In this document: in pieces, positions 1 to 19,587 of the stretch
Layout of the letters: every line of letters begins with the position of its first letter
Position numbering within the stretch: the stretch's first letter is position 1
DNA from: the human T2T-CHM13v2.0 reference genome, Homo sapiens
Assembly: GCF_009914755.1 (NCBI RefSeq)
Contig: NC_060933.1
Direction: 5' to 3' (one strand)
Length of the DNA: 64,000 bases
Program-made: the position numbers and the translations under genes
The notes under the pieces: generated by a model
Seen by the model: the letters and a program-made list of their open reading frames with translations, nothing else
Database searches by the model: none
Told to the model about the DNA's origin: nothing

Positions 1-427
1 GGGGCTAGTTAGTGCACCCAGAATTTCAAGTGCAGCCTGCTGGCTGCTGCACCACTGCAACCAGGAAGTGGACACCCAGCCGCAAGTTCTTGATCTTAAC
101 GGTGGTGCAGTCACTCACTCTCCTTTGCCAAGGCTCACTTTCCCATCTCTGATATTTATCCTGTGTTGTAATTACCTACTCAAATGTCTACCTCCATTAT
201 CTTAGGAAGCATGCCTTCCTCCTCCTTCTGTCCCCAGCTCCTAGCACAGACCCTGCACACCCGAGGTGCTGCAGAGAGCACATTTGTTGAATGAATCATA
301 AACGATACTTTGCAAATATTTACTTATTTGATCTTGGATAACTGTTACCCCCCAGTTCTATGTTTTGTTGAGCATCTACTGTGTGCTAGACACATAGACA
401 CATTAAGTATAGAATCTCATTGATTAA

Positions 428-938
<511 letters not shown>

Positions 939-1138
939 TGATATTAAGACTCTTCGCTTCTAATATCTTTAGCAAATATCTCCTAAGAGGAAGGCCGCTT
1001 TCTACATAATCATGATGCCATTGTCACGATCAATAAACATAAGACACAAAAGTAGTGTCTAAGAGCAGACCATGTTTGCATTCTCCTGTTGGCCTGATAT
1101 ATCCTTTATAGCTTTTTAATTTTCGTCCAGTAGTATAG

Positions 1139-1533
<395 letters not shown>

Positions 1534-3812
1534 TCATAATGAAATTTTGAGAAATCCAAGCCAGTTGTTTTATAAATGTTCCACAATTTAGGTTTGTCAT
1601 TATAAGATTAAGTTATACATTTTTGGGCCAAAATGCTATTCAGGTGATTCTGTGTCTTTCCAGGGTGTCACACATGTTGTCAGCTTGTCTCATTACTGGG
1701 GATGCTAAGTTTTATCAGTTGGTTAAAGTGGTGGTTATCAGAAATCTTCATTGTAAAGTTACCTATTTATCTTTGTAATTAATAAGTAATTTCTGGGGAG
1801 ACACTTTGAGACTATGTGGATCCAACAACTTCTCACCCAGTGTTTTAGCATTCACTGATAATTTTACCTGAATCAATTATTTCTATCATGGTTGCAAAAT
1901 AGTGTTTTTCTAATTTCATCTACACTTTTTCTTTTTGGTTAGAATATCACTATATACTCATGGATTCTTTTTTTATACACTCATGGACTGTATAAATTCA
2001 ATGTGTAGAAATCCTTTTTGATTCAATGTGTAGAAATCCTTTGAGTAGAGGGATATTTTTTAATTCAGTGTGTAGAAATCCTTTCTGATCACTTTTCATT
2101 TTGATATTCAAATTGTCTCATGTTTGTCCAGTGTGAGCTGCTTGTTTGAGCTGGCTGCTGTGTGCTTTGATGTGGCTCCAATAGCTTTGAACCTTCTTTG
2201 TTTTCTGGTACCAGATATTCCAGGCTCAAATTTTACCCTTATTTTATGGAGGAGGAAAAGGAGGCTCAGAGAGAGAAAACGGCTTGCTTTCTCACAATGT
2301 TTGGGAGATCCTGCTCAAGCTCAGGACGTTCAATTCCAAATTTTTAGGAAAGTAGCTAAACTGGAAGGCCAGACAATCCTATAGTGCAGAAAGGACCTCA
2401 TGAAGAGATGTAGCTAAATCGTTAGCTGTCTGCGCACAGAGCTTGCCTAATAAGATGGAGACATCTGGATGGTATCTTTGAACTTACACAATTAGTAACA
2501 CATTTCAAAGATATTTTATTTATTGAGGAAGTTGCAATGTGGGGGATAAGAGCCTGGGTTTTGGAGTAAGGAAGAACCAAGGTCTCCTTTAAGACTCAAG
2601 CAGATTCAGCCCTTGTGTGTCTCTGGGTAAGTTACTTCACCTTGTTGAATCCCAGACTTTTTCCATCGGTAAAATGGGGTAATCATACCCACCTCATAGT
2701 TAAATGGGTTCATTCATAGAAAGTGCCTAGTGTAATGTCTGGCACATGCTGATGCTCAATAGACAAAAGCTACCTTTACCATCAGTGCCGTTGCTATTAT
2801 TATTATTAAAATCTGAGAAAATCCTGTTATTCAGTGGGTTAATGTGATAGAAAAAACAATAGATTTAGATTCTTAAAGACCCTCGCCCACCCTCTGTGAC
2901 CTAGGATAAGTCCTACTCCCACTCTCGTGAACTTCATTTTATTCACACGTAAATCAGGGTTCATAATCTCTTCACTGCAAACTTCACAGCATCACTCAAT
3001 GGATTTCATGAGCACCTACTACGTGCAGGGTAATCACATTCCTAACGCTAAAACCAAAGGGTAAGCATCGCTATACTCCTCCTTTAGTACATGATCAATT
3101 GGCAGTCCAGGGCCAACGAGAAGCAAAGCTGGGATTCCATCAGGCACTCTCTGACCTCCATGTTTGTCCTTTTCCATAGGTCACACTGTTTAGAAGGAGA
3201 AAGAAGAGCTCGCTGTGAAAAACGCTCCACAATGCTGCAGAGCCTTGTGAAGGTGGAAGAGTACTCTCATCAGCAAACGGCATTCCTTCCATGGAAAATG
3301 TCATTGGGAGGAAAGCAGGTGACTTTGGATTTCTTTTTCTTCTTTTCTATCCTTGTAAAGGATTTCCTTCTTCTCTATCTTTGATAACTCGTGAAAGCCT
3401 TAGGTTAATATTATCTACCAAGGACTCTACACTTCAAATAAGAACTGGGTGAAGGTAGCGGAGACCGAGCCAGCCCAGAACCAACTGCCTCAACTGAAGA
3501 AACTGACCAGAAAAGCCCTTTGAAGCTGTAATTAACTTCAGACATGATTTTGAAGAAGAAGAAGAAAAAACAAAAAACAAAATAACAGTAATGTCAGTGG
3601 GTATCAGAACTCCAGCCAATTCAACTGAGAGCTGGGAAGAGGGAAGAGAAAGTGCTGCAAATTTTCAACAGAGTGACCACAGAGTCCTACAGTATGAGCT
3701 CTCGTGGTGATGTAGCAGGCAGGCTTCTATTGTTTTAAAGATGGGGAATCATGAAAAAGAGAGAGAGAAGGGAAAGATGGGAAAAAATTTTAATCTTAAA
3801 AATATAAAAGCA

Positions 3813-4123
<311 letters not shown>

Positions 4124-4974
4124 TTAATATGGGAGGAAGTGATGGGAGAGACCAGAAGATTTGATAATCCCAAACCTAACTTGTTATAATGTGGTACAAT
4201 GTAGACTGGTTTTCCTTGAGGTCAGGGACTGGACCTGCTTCATGACTGTCCAGTGCTGAGCACAGGGTGTGGCATCTGGTGGGATCTTAGGAAACATTTA
4301 TGTAATGAGGAAATCTAGGAAATGTGATTGAAAATCTTCTTGACACCTTAGGGCCCTCACTATGATTGCAAAAATTATTAGTCTGTATAGATTAAAGCCA
4401 GGCTTCTGATTTATCTGGTGGGGCTGGTTAGTCAGTTATCCCTTTTTCACAGCCTCAGGCACTCTTGGCAGAGTTACATAAGTAAAAAGCCATGTGTGTA
4501 TGCATGATAGGGATGAACGTATCAGTTAAGGGGCAGACTCCAATTTTGCAACCTTTTTAAAAAATATATTTTATTGTGATTAGAACACGTAACATGAGGA
4601 CTACCCATTTAACAAATTTTCAAGTGTACGATATGGTATCATCGACTATAGATGTAATATTGTACAGCAGATCTATGGAGCTTATTCAATCTTGCTATCC
4701 TGAGCCAAGAAAATAAAAAGTATTTGTGTTTGTGAAATTGATTGGAAGAACTCTGCCAAAGGAAAGGCAACAGTTAGGTCTCAGGCAGGCCGGAAACCAA
4801 AACTCCATGGATCATAGAAGTAGAGACTCATGGGTACTTCCTTTCAAGAACCTCCGCTTTCCTTGATGTTTGCTTTGTGGCTGAGGAGACAAAGTGGCTG
4901 GATGGCACTCTCAGCTTACAATTCAGAGGAACCATTGTTGAGTCCCCTGATAGAAGTTTTCATCCCTTGGGCTT

Positions 4975-5770
<796 letters not shown>

Positions 5771-7954
5771 GAGACCCTAAAACCTATAGCTAGCAAGGCC
5801 TAGAGTCTCAGGACAGGAAGTCTAACATTTGGAGAGCAGATGTTAGGTGTCACCTTGAGCAATTCCACCCCTTCGTTCCTGAAGCAATTGTTTCGATTGG
5901 AATTCAGTTTGCCTTCACTGAGCAACAGAAAACCCCAGACAATAATGCCTTGAACAAATCGAAAGTTTCTTTCTCTCACAAAAGTCTGGGTAAGTGATCC
6001 AGACTGGAATAGTGCTCTAAGATGTCAGGGACCCTGGTTCTTTATGCTTTTTTTATGCAATGCATGACCTAAGCCTCGTGGGTCAAGATGACACTTCAGG
6101 CAATAGGACAGAGGAAGGGATGCAAACACAAAGGGTGCTTTCTCCTGTAGAAGGTTATTTAAAGCCACCACATGTGGCTTCTTCTTGTATTCCATTGGTT
6201 AATATGTATCTCACGGCCGTGCCTAGCTGCAAGGGAGACTGGAAAATGGTATCTTGATTTTGGGTGGCCATGCACCCAGCTCTAAATTCTACTACTTCTA
6301 GTAAGAAAGGCTATTGGGAGACACTTTGCAGTGCCTGCCTCACTGCTACATCTTGAAAAGCAATAGAGAGACACAGGAAATGGCATCACATATGGGATGC
6401 TGACTCACAGCACCGATCCCTTCCGGAGGGGAGCAAGCAGTTATCTCCCCATGGGCACTGTGAGCCTCCACAAGGCCATTCTACTGTGCTATAGGAGCCA
6501 GCTGCTCCTGGGTCATGGGTGGGGTCTGTTAGGTGAAGAGTGAATCCCACAGGCCTTAAGTCACTGCCACTTTTGCCATGAAGTGAATTCCTTGATAAGA
6601 GGGAGCATCGTGTGACATACGATGACTAGGTAAAAGCTTCTATAAGCCCTCAGGCTGTGGTGCTGGTGGAGGCACGAAGGGCAGGGAAAGCAAATCTAGA
6701 TAAAAAATAAATGTAGGGTTGGGCATGGTGCCTCATACCTGTAATCCGAGCACTTTGGGAGGCCAAGGCTGGAAGATCGCTTAAGCCCAGGAGTTAAAGT
6801 CTGCAGTGAGCTATGATTGCATCACCATACACTAGACTGAGCAACAGTGTGAGACCCCGTCTCTAAACAAATAAATTAAATAGTTAAATAAATAAATGTA
6901 GGACATTGCCATGAGAACAATTTGGCTGTTCCAGATGGAGTTAGTTCCCAGCTGAGAAACAGGGAGGTGTGGGGCAGAAGGAAGAGTGTTAGCTTCCTTC
7001 CTTCTCCATGAGAGGGAGGCGCAGAGGAAAGGCTGCAGACCAAGATGGTTAGTGGGTAGGAATTCTCCAAGTTCTCTCGCAAGCCCCAGATATCACCATC
7101 CTTTCCTAAAGGAAACCTGGCAAAGTCATGCCGTTGGCTGTCACTGAAATTCAGCAACTCCCCGAATCCGAGTTTGGCTTTAGCAATCTCGCACCCATGG
7201 CCCCAGTGAACAGTTTCCATCTGGCCAGAGAAAAGTCGTGAGTTTCACTTTGTGCCTTGTGGCAAACATCTCAAGACGTGAGCTTGTCCTTATCCTAAAT
7301 CAAGATACCTGATGCTTTCAGAAGCAGCCACCCTACTGGTTTCCACATCTTTCATCTCCCTTTTAGGTGGCTGAGAATTTTAGCTTCAGCTTGTCCAAAG
7401 TCCCAGATTACCCAAAGAGATTATGTGCTTAGCCACTGTCTTCCAAGGGCTGGTCGTTCCTATTCTGGAAGACAATTAGGATTCTCAGTGCCTCTCTCCC
7501 TGTCCAGCTCAAGAATCATGGATCACTTGGAGGAAAAGCTAAGCTCCTGTAATAAAAAGGCAAACTAGAGTAGCCTATTTCCCCTTGAGGTGAGTGGCCC
7601 AGAGCAGAAGGGCAGCTTTGGTTCTTTGTCGCTCATTCTTCCCCAGGGCAGTGTTCTCTTCTGCATCGGTGCAGCTGGGTTCTGGCTGGTGGGAAAGAAG
7701 ACAGTGGAGAAAGCTTGCTGGTTATCTTAGAACCCAGGCCCGGAAATGACACGTGACTCCCACTTCATTCCCCTGGTGAGAATTCAGGCACCTGGCCACC
7801 CTAAACACAAGCAAGGCTGGCAAAGACAGTCTAGGGGGACAGCCATGTGCCTGGCTCCTATTATACTTAGGCAAAAAAGTAGAATGGAAAGCCTTTTGGT
7901 GAACACCTAGCAGTCTCGGCCACATATTCCAAATAGCTCTTATTTCCTTGAGGG

Positions 7955-8185
7955 TCTGAATGAGTTTTCTAGGACTGCCATAACAAAGTATCATGAACTG
8001 GGTGGCTTAAAACAACAGAAATGTATTGTCTCACACTCTGGATGCCTGAAATCTGAAATCAAGGTGTCCACAGGACCACATTCCCTCTGAAGAGGCAATG
8101 GAAGGAGCTGTTCTCCAGACCGCACTCCTAGCACCTGGCAGCCACAGGTGTTTCTTGGTTTGTGGCTGCCTCACTCTAATTCTCT
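7955..8185. mobile_element. MLT1 (MaLR) LTR, left half
   Basis: ggactgccataacaaagtatcat..ggtggcttaaaacaacagaaat..aaatcaaggtgtc; breaks at the retrocopy tail. Confidence 0.75.
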
Positions 8186-8211
8186 CTTTTTTTTCTTTTT
8201 CCATTATTTAA

Positions 8212-8527
<316 letters not shown>

Positions 8528-9294
8528 AACATGTATTTTCATTTATATCCAAATATCACATTTTCTACATTAAAATTATACTGACTTCCCCCGTACCCTA
8601 CACCCTAAGAGAAAAAAAGAAAAGAAATTTACACAATTTGAAAGGTAGAATGCATGGAGTAGGGAAGTTGCTATTGCACCTGAGTAACAAAGAACAGAGA
8701 GACCAAACAGTCAATAAGGCACAACTGCATAGAAGACAGCTCAGGGCTTGCATCAGGAAGGAGCAGGAATAAAACTCCAAAACTTCTAAGTGCCACCACC
8801 TGTGCCACAACATTACCCTGAAAAGGCAGAGGTAGGTCCGAAAGCAGAACCAAATCAGGGATTTTCCAAAGGCTGCTTCCTAACAGAGATTAAAATATCC
8901 ACAAACATGAGAGCCTTTGCTTCTCACCTTGCCTTCAGCATCTGGTAAACACTTTAGAAACTTAAACCACTGTTCACATGTCAGAATGTAGAATGGCTAT
9001 AGGTTTTTCTTTCTTCTTTTGTTGTACCCCAAGCAACCACTCTATTAATGATTTTAGTCATGTGATTCTTCTGCATGGAAACTCAGTAAAGGTCACCAAA
9101 GACAAGGCTTTTCACTGCTATCAGATAAATATCAGCTGTGCAAAAGTTGCAGGATTTTGTGTGTTGCTCAGAGAGGGAGAGCTGTAAGACACAGGAATCT
9201 CAATGCATATGTAATAAACAGGAAAAGGAAATTTCTTTTGCTCATCTATTTATTGTATAAGAAAGAGCAAGTAGGCAGTCAAAATCATCTGCTA

Positions 9295-9612
9295 GGCTAG
9301 GGGTGATGTCTCATGCCTGTAATCACAACACTTTGGGAGGCCGAGGAGGGAGGATCACTTGAGCCCAGGGGTTCAAGACCAGCTTAGGCAACATAGTGAG
9401 ACCCTGTCTCTACAAAAAGAATTAAAAAATTAACTGCATGTGAGTAGCACATGCCTGTAGTCCCAGCTACTTGGGAGACTGAAGTAGGAGGATTGCTTGA
9501 GCCTGGGAGCAGCTGTGCTCACACCACGGTACTCCAGCCTGAGCGACAGAGCAAGACTCTGCCTCAAAAACAAACAAACAAACAAAACCAACCAACCAAG
9601 CAACCAAAGAAA
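9295..9612 (+). mobile_element. AluJ inserted in the retrocopy 3' UTR
   Basis: Diverged Alu with an AAAC/AACC tail. Confidence 0.85.
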
Positions 9613-10171
9613 CTATTTGCTTAGAGCAGCAGCACAGAACCACAGGCACATCAACAACCCAAAAGAAAATGCTCAAGAAAGAGCATCTTGGCTCTTTTGA
9701 AAGGAGTCATCTTTTAGACCTGATCTTGCCCCTTTAATTTAGAGACCAAAGCATTATAACTCAGAGGCTGATACTCTTGAGGAGGTTGAGAGGTAAAGTC
9801 CAAGAGACCCAGATAATGAGGACATTATTAGGTAACTAACTATATCACTGTGTACAATGCAAACATCAATAAGAAAACGTCACCTGCATCCCTGCAGCTA
9901 CTTTTAGCAAAGCACTGAAGACCCAGGTTTTCTGAATAGGGAATAGTTTGAAGTCTGTTAGCAGTTTAAAGCATTCAACACTGGAACAATATGTTACGTA
10001 TTCTTTGTTTTTAATTATAGGTTAACACGGTAAACTCCAACACAAAGATGAGGCTAGGGGAGTGCTAAAGGAATAAAGAAAACAGAACCAGCATTTCACA
10101 AGTATATTAAGCAGTGATGAAACAGCAGCCAGTGCTTTGCAGAGTCTCAAGGGTAAAATTTACTTTGCTGC

Positions 10172-10684
10172 TGTGATGGTTAATACTTAGTGTCAACTTG
10201 ATTGGATCGAAGGATGCAAAGTATTGTTCCTGGGTGTGTCTGTGAGGTTGTTGCCAAAGGATGTTAACATTTGAGTTGGACTGGGAGGGGAGACCCACCC
10301 TCAATCTGGGTGGGCACAATCTAATCAGCTGCCAATGTGGCTGGGATAAAAGCAGGCAGAGGAATGTAGAAGGACTAGACTGGCTTAGTCTTCCAGCCTG
10401 CATTTTTCTCCCATTCTGGATGCTTCCTGGCCTTCAACATCAGACTCCAGGTTCTTCAGCTTTGGGACTCTTGGTCCTTCGACCACAGACTAAAAGCTTC
10501 ACTGTCAGCTTCCTTACTTTTGAGGTTTTGGGACTTGGACTGGCTTCCTTGCTCCTCAGCTTGCAGACGGCTTATTGTGGGACTATACTTTGTGAGCGTG
10601 TGAATCAATACTCCTTAATAAATTCCCCTTTATGTAGATATCTATCCTATTAATTCTCTCCCTCTGGAGAACCTGACCAGTACA
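10172..10684 (+). mobile_element. MLT2A-type (HERV-L) solo LTR inserted in the last codons of the ATP6V1B2 retrocopy
   Basis: TGTGATGGTTAATACT..GTCAACTTGATTGG start, ..GAGAACCTGACCAGTACA end, 5-bp TSD GCTGC/GGTGC. Confidence 0.85.
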
Positions 10685-12093
10685 GGTGCTCTTCAGCATA
10701 TCTTTGGGGAAGATTAGGAACAGTTGCCAACCAGTATCCAAAGTCTCATAGACAGTGTGATTTTCATGAGGACCCTGAAAAATAAAGTTCCTCTCAAACT
10801 TCTGCAGAAATTCCAAGTCAAGAAGATCATCTGAGCTAAGGGCTTCTTCTCCAACTACAGCAATCATGGCTTGTACATCCTTCCCAATAGCTTGCCTACA
10901 GCTGGTTACATACATCTGCATGATTCTTCCTGGTCATCCCTTCTCCAATAGCAGACTTCATGAACAGTGATAGTTCAGGCAGCACATTGATAGGTGGGTA
11001 AATCTCTCTCTTGTGTAGCTGTCTGTCCACATAGATCTGTCCCAGTCAGTTCAGAGATGGGTGAATGATATCGTTGGCAGGCATGGTAAGAGTAGGAATT
11101 TGAGTAATTGAGCCATTTCTACCTTCTCCTCGACCTGCATGTTCATATATAGTGGCTAAGTCTGTATAAGTGTAACCTGTGAAGCCTCATCAACCAGGAA
11201 TCTCTTCTCTGGCTGTAGAAACCTCTTGAAGTGCTTCAGTAGATGAACTCATATCTGTTAGGATAACCAATACATGTTTCTCATATTGGTATGCCAGAAA
11301 TTCGGCTGTGGTTAGAACCGGGTGAGGGATGGCAATCCACCCAATAGTTGGGTCATTAGCCAAGTTCAAAAACAGGCAGATGTTGTCCATTGAGCCATTT
11401 TCTTCAAAACCAGATTTGAAGAACCAGGCAGTTTCCATGTTTACATCCTTAGCAGCAAATACAATTGGAAAATTTTCCTCAGTGTAGTCTACGTCTTTGG
11501 ATTCATTTAGCAAACCAGTCTGGTGGCAGATTTGAGCTGCAATCTTTGTGTAGTAACCCAGCAGCAGAGAAGATAAAAATTTTCTGCCCCGGCAATACTG
11601 TTCATACCAACTATGGCTGAAATGCTGGTCCGAATCATGTCCTCTGGGTAGATTTGACGTTGAGGATTGGTTGGCCATCGCATGATATCAAAGAAATCTT
11701 CAGCCAGTACAAGAGGACCTCTGTCAATGGGTTTTTCCCGATCCAACTAATACCCAACAAAGCATATCCTCAGACACTGATGTTTGGAGAATATCCCCAG
11801 TCCCTTGAAATACCTGAACCACTGCCTTGGAGCCACCAACTTCTAGAACTTGCCCATGTCTCTGTGCCATCTAGTAATGTCCAGTGGACAATATCAGCGT
11901 CTATGGGAAACTTAACGTGATCTAAGATCACTAGTAGACCATGGACTCTTGATACTGTGATGTATGTAAGGCAAGGCTGGGAGAGGTAGTTCCAACTAAC
12001 TGCCAGCACCTGCTCCTGAGCTCCCACCACCAGCGGGCTTGGGTAGTTTGGGTGTGGCCCATTCATAACCCCACACATCGCCTGCAGCGCCAT

Positions 12094-12335
12094 CATCTTG
12101 ACATAGCATTTTCCCTGTGTGTCTGCACATTGTCTTCCCTCTGTATTTGTCTGTTTCTGTGTCCAAATTCCCCTTTTTAAGTGACATCAGTCACATTATA
12201 TTACTATTAGGGCCTAGCCTGATTACCTCATTTTAACTTGATTATTTCTGTAAAGACCCTATTTCCAATTAAGGTTGCATTCAGACATCCTAGAGGACAG
12301 GACTTCAACACTGTTTTGTGTAGGGGTTGGGGATT
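12094..12335. mobile_element. MLT1 (MaLR) LTR, right half
   Basis: catcttgacatagcattttccctgtgtgtctg..ttagggcc..cctcattttaacttgatta..aaagaccctatttcc continues the left half. Confidence 0.75.
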
Positions 12336-13708
12336 CAACTCATAACAATTCAACTCATAACAAAGTCTGCTGTCTGCAATCAGCTCTTGGGTGCTGATAT
12401 CTATATGCTCTGTAACAGAAGCAAACCTAAGCAAAGAAAGAGAATGTACTGGAAGTATATTGGGTGGCTCCTGGAACCAAAAGAGAACTTCAACAATCAG
12501 GCCTCGGGAGAGGCAAAAATTCCTGGACATCTCTTTAGGGCCTGCTTTCCAGATGATTCTGCGTCAATATCCTTCTGGCCAAGTATCCTTTTTCTCAAGA
12601 TACAAATTCTTGGAAGAGTCAGTTGGGTTAGCTTGTGGTGGAACCAGGACCTGTTTGGGGCTTGTGAGTGGGATCAAGTGACGGACAATCCTGCTAGGGC
12701 CTCATGGGGTAGAGGAGGGGCAGTTCTCCAAAAGAAAGTGAGGGGCGGCCACTAAAGATGGGGGAGGCATGTGATGTGCAGGTGAAACCGCAGGAGTTTG
12801 CTACACATTGTACTTTGTTTAAGAAAGACTTCTGCTCTGCAGAACATTTCTAAATGTTATGGCACTTAAAGGAGCCATTTTAGTCATCTGGAAAACGCAG
12901 AGTTGTGGGGAAATGCAGTGTCATGTGTTAAAAAGAGCACTCTTGGTGAAATCAGGAGAGCAGGTTTTGTTTGGCTTTTTTAAATATTTGCAGATGGTAT
13001 AATTCCATCTTGAAAACAAGGGAATCAACTGAAAAGCTCTTGGAAACAGGAAACTTCAACCAAGTATCAAGTTACTAACTGGAAATAAAAATAATGCCAT
13101 ACAGATCAATTAGAAAGAAAGCATAAAAGAACCAAAGATGTTATTCAACTTAGCTACAAAGGCAGCTTGTAAAAGAATAAACTCGGAAAGAAGTGCAAAG
13201 GGCATCTATTAAGAGAAAACATCAGATTCTCCTTGGAGGCGTAAAAGACAAAGGGTAGAAAAACTTGGGATAATAAAGATGTAATTTCTCCCTAGGTAAA
13301 TGGATTAATTCACTGAAAGATTTCAGGTGAGCAAACAAACAAAATCAAATCTGAGCCAATCAAAATCCTAATTAGGTCTTTTAACTTGAAAATATGAGTC
13401 TAAAACTCATAGGAAGAGTCCCTGTCCGTGGATGTCATATCCTCAGCCAAAAAACTTCCCCACAGGTTTTGATTTTTGGTTCTGTCATTTAATGATCTGT
13501 GAGACCTTGGGGCAGGTAATGTAACCTCTTCGGGCCTTAGTTTTTTCTCTTGTGAAGAGGGATAATCCTATCTTTCTGCTTAACAGAGCTGTAGCAATGA
13601 TCATGTGAGAGAAAGTATTTGGAAGTGTCTTATAAACTGTAAAGCACGTTTCATGCTATAGTTGCTATTTTTATTCTTCCATGATGCCAGATAAATAGGA
13701 AAAATCAC

Positions 13709-13793
13709 AATGCAAAAGGAGTCCATTGCTCTGCAAGAAGATAAACACCTCTTATTAAACTCGGATACATCATGATTTGTAAATATTTGATTC
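13709..13793 (-). pseudogene. Decayed exon (IKYLQIMMYPSLIRGVYLLAEQWTPFA)
   Basis: cttttttctctccttcacag| acceptor; open frame; donor gtgatt. Confidence 0.58.
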
Positions 13794-15002
13794 CTGTGAA
13801 GGAGAGAAAAAAGCTAATGCAAGCTGTTTGCTGCTCAGTAAGTGAGGGCTCACTCTCTGGTTATGGAACTGAGCAAAATGCTTATGGCCTCCCCTCTGTC
13901 TCCAACCCCACACCCCTGTGTTGTCATCTGTAGAGTGAAAGGTTTTGGACTTCAGGGTGTTTGACAGCATGAACTTTGGGTCTCTACAGATCTTGGTTCA
14001 AAATGTAGTGCCAGCAATTACTTTGGACAACTTATTATTTCTTTTCTTGGGTTCCAAAATCCATCAGACAGGCATGATAATAATCTCTATTATTATATCT
14101 ATTAGTATTTCTCAAAGGGATGATACCTACCTCATCAATCTTCAGGAAGACTTGAGAGTTAAATGGGATAATAAATACTAAGTGCCTGGAACCTAGTAAA
14201 AGCTCAATAAATGAGCATTGTAAATAATTAACTATCATAATTACCATCATTATTATTACTCTAAGGGCCTTTGCAGCTTTAAAATCTAGGATAACATGTC
14301 AGAGAAAAGCTAAAACAGGGAGGAAACAGAAAAGATTCCCTTAATACGGCTTGAATCAGTACTTGCAAGGGAGAGATTTTTCTGGAAGATGGCTTGTGTA
14401 TTCATCATAAGGCCTCATTTAACCTTGGTGACTCACAGAGTTCGGCTGGGCCTGCTGTCCTCTGGAAAAAGGGGGATAGAGGAGTAACGAACCAAATGGG
14501 GCTAGACAGGGGAAAGCCATGGCCTGGAGACCACAGTGGATGGTTCCTTAGAGAGTCTGGTCCAAGGTTTTTAACTTTTATAAAATATATGTTAAATTGA
14601 GAAATTTCTTTTTCTGCAAATAAGTTTTGAGGTAGGGACTGTTGGTTGCCAAACCAAAGCTATGCCCTTTTCATTCCTTGACAGCGCAGCTCTGATAATT
14701 GTTCAGGATCAGACAGCTGAGTGGCTCAGGAGAGAATGGTGCAGCCTCAGGACAAGGGGCAGGAGGAAGCCTGATTACTTTGGCCAGTGATTGGTTTAGA
14801 AATGGGCATGTGATGCAATTCTGGCCTATGAGATAACAGGGGATGTAAGGCATGTCATCTTTTCCTTAAGAAAGAGGAAAATTTTCCTATAGAAACCCTG
14901 CCTGCTCCTGGGCTTCTGCGTAAATTTTCCTCATCCTTAAGGAAAGGGTGATGTACCTACATCTCTGGCAGGAACATAAAACAGCACAACCCCTATGGAG
15001 GG

Positions 15003-15498
15003 TACATTAGTTTCCTATCACTGCTGTAACAAATTACCACAAACTTGGTAACTTAACACAACACAATTTATTCTCTTAAAGTTCTGGAGTTCAGCAGTCT
15101 CCCTGGGCTAGAATGAAGGTGTTGGCAGGGCTGTGCTCCCTCTGAAGGCTCCAGGGAGAATCCACTTCCCTGCCTTTTCTGGCTTCTAGAGTTTCGTTCC
15201 TTGCATTCCTTGGCACATGGTTCCTTCCTTCATCTTCAAGGCCAGCCACGTAGCATCTTCGGATCTCTGTTCTGTCTTCATACTGCCTTCTCCTCCATGG
15301 TAAAATCTCCTTCTGCCTATCCTTTATAAGGAAACTTACGATTACATTTAGAGATCACTTCGATAATTCAGGACATTCTCCCCATCTTAAGATTCTTAAT
15401 CACATCTGCAAAATCCCTTTTGCCATATAAGCTAACATCCCAAAGTTCCAGGAATTAGGATCTGGTTATCTGTAGGGGCCATTAATTAGCCTACCACA
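15003..15498. mobile_element. MLT1-type MaLR LTR
   Basis: tacattagtttcctatcactgctgtaacaaattaccacaaac..attaattagcctaccaca. Confidence 0.75.
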
Positions 15499-15517
15499 GA
15501 GGGAATTTTGGTACTAA

Positions 15518-18290
<2,773 letters not shown>

Positions 18291-19489
18291 GAGATGTGAA
18301 GATAGTTGTCTGAGGATGCTATGCTCAGAGCTGCTGCAGTCACTTTGTGAGAATGAAAGAGCAAGCTTGAGGCCTAAAGCATCCAATTTGATAGGTATTC
18401 CATTTCTATGAATTCAAATTTCTTAACTTAATTATAAAGCTAGTTAATGCGAAAATGAGGCAATTATCATGGACACAAATATTGAAACTAGGGTTTATCC
18501 ATGTATATTCATGAGACTTTTTTGGTTGCAACTAATAGAAACCTTAGCATAGTTTAGGCAAAATTTAGAGATTTATTATGGAAATTCAGAATTCTAGGAC
18601 AGAAGTGCCACCAAGACTCATGAAGAACATAGTTCACAATATCAGGTCCCTCCATATCCTTTCTCCAGCTCTCATCGCCGCTCTTCAGCATTACCATGAC
18701 TGTCTATCACCACCCTCTCATTGCAGACCAGCTTCCTTCATTTTCCAGCCCACATCATGGAAAACTTGCACAAGTCCAAGTTCAGCCATTCAGATAGAGA
18801 CAGGTTTTTTTCTCCAGACCCAGTTCCAAAACTTCTGGAAGAAGAGCTTGATTGGTCCGGAAGCTGAGATTGTCCCGTCCAGTGGGGAGGGCCCACTCCT
18901 AAGTGAGTCATGGCCAGAGTTTAAGGCGTGTGTGATATGGCTGCTCCTGTGGTTCCTGTGGTGTTCCTGTAGGCAGAAGAGCAATTCCCAGAGACGTGTA
19001 GGTGGGAAGTGGGAGGCAGACAGAGCAATAGGCATCTATATAGTTGAGTCAGGCCAGATCATGAGATCATGAATGGGTGCAAAAATTGCTGAGAATGATG
19101 CCTTGGGCAGGTTGAATTTTGGTTGACTGCGGAAAGTCAGCCAGCAGGGGCAAGGAAGACTCGGTTCCCGGCTGCCCCAGGGTGCTCACAGGGGCTTGCT
19201 CAAGTTCAGTGGTCATTGCAGCCCATGGATAGTCAGGAACCAGCCAGACCAGAGGTGCTCAGGCCTTGGTGCTCAGGGAAAGAAAGGCTATATCAGTGCT
19301 CAAGGGCCCATCTACTCCCACGCAAGGGAGCCCCCGCCACACTGCTGTCTGGCATTTGTCCCACATTGTTCCAATTCTTACACCATCAGGCTTAAAAATA
19401 CAACGCAACAACTGTAGCCTTCCAACTGTGCAGCCTCTGACTTCCACCTTCCATTCTAGTGACATAGTATTGAGAACATCCTGACTCAC

Positions 19490-19587
19490 ACCCATAAGTA
19501 GTTGCAAACTGAAATCGTTTTTCTTCATCTTCCATTGCAACGTCAGTCTGGCTTTTAAGCTACTTTTCAATTAAACTGATCCAGAAG
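19490..19587 (-). pseudogene. Decayed exon (..SQTDVAMEDEEKRFQFATTYG in one frame)
   Basis: tactcacttctctctcaag| acceptor with branch-like CTCAC; donor |gtgagt. Confidence 0.6.

Noticed and set aside
10583-12096. V-ATPase B subunit ORFs as a functional gene
   Set aside because: Split across frames by frameshifts and stops, intronless, and interrupted by an LTR
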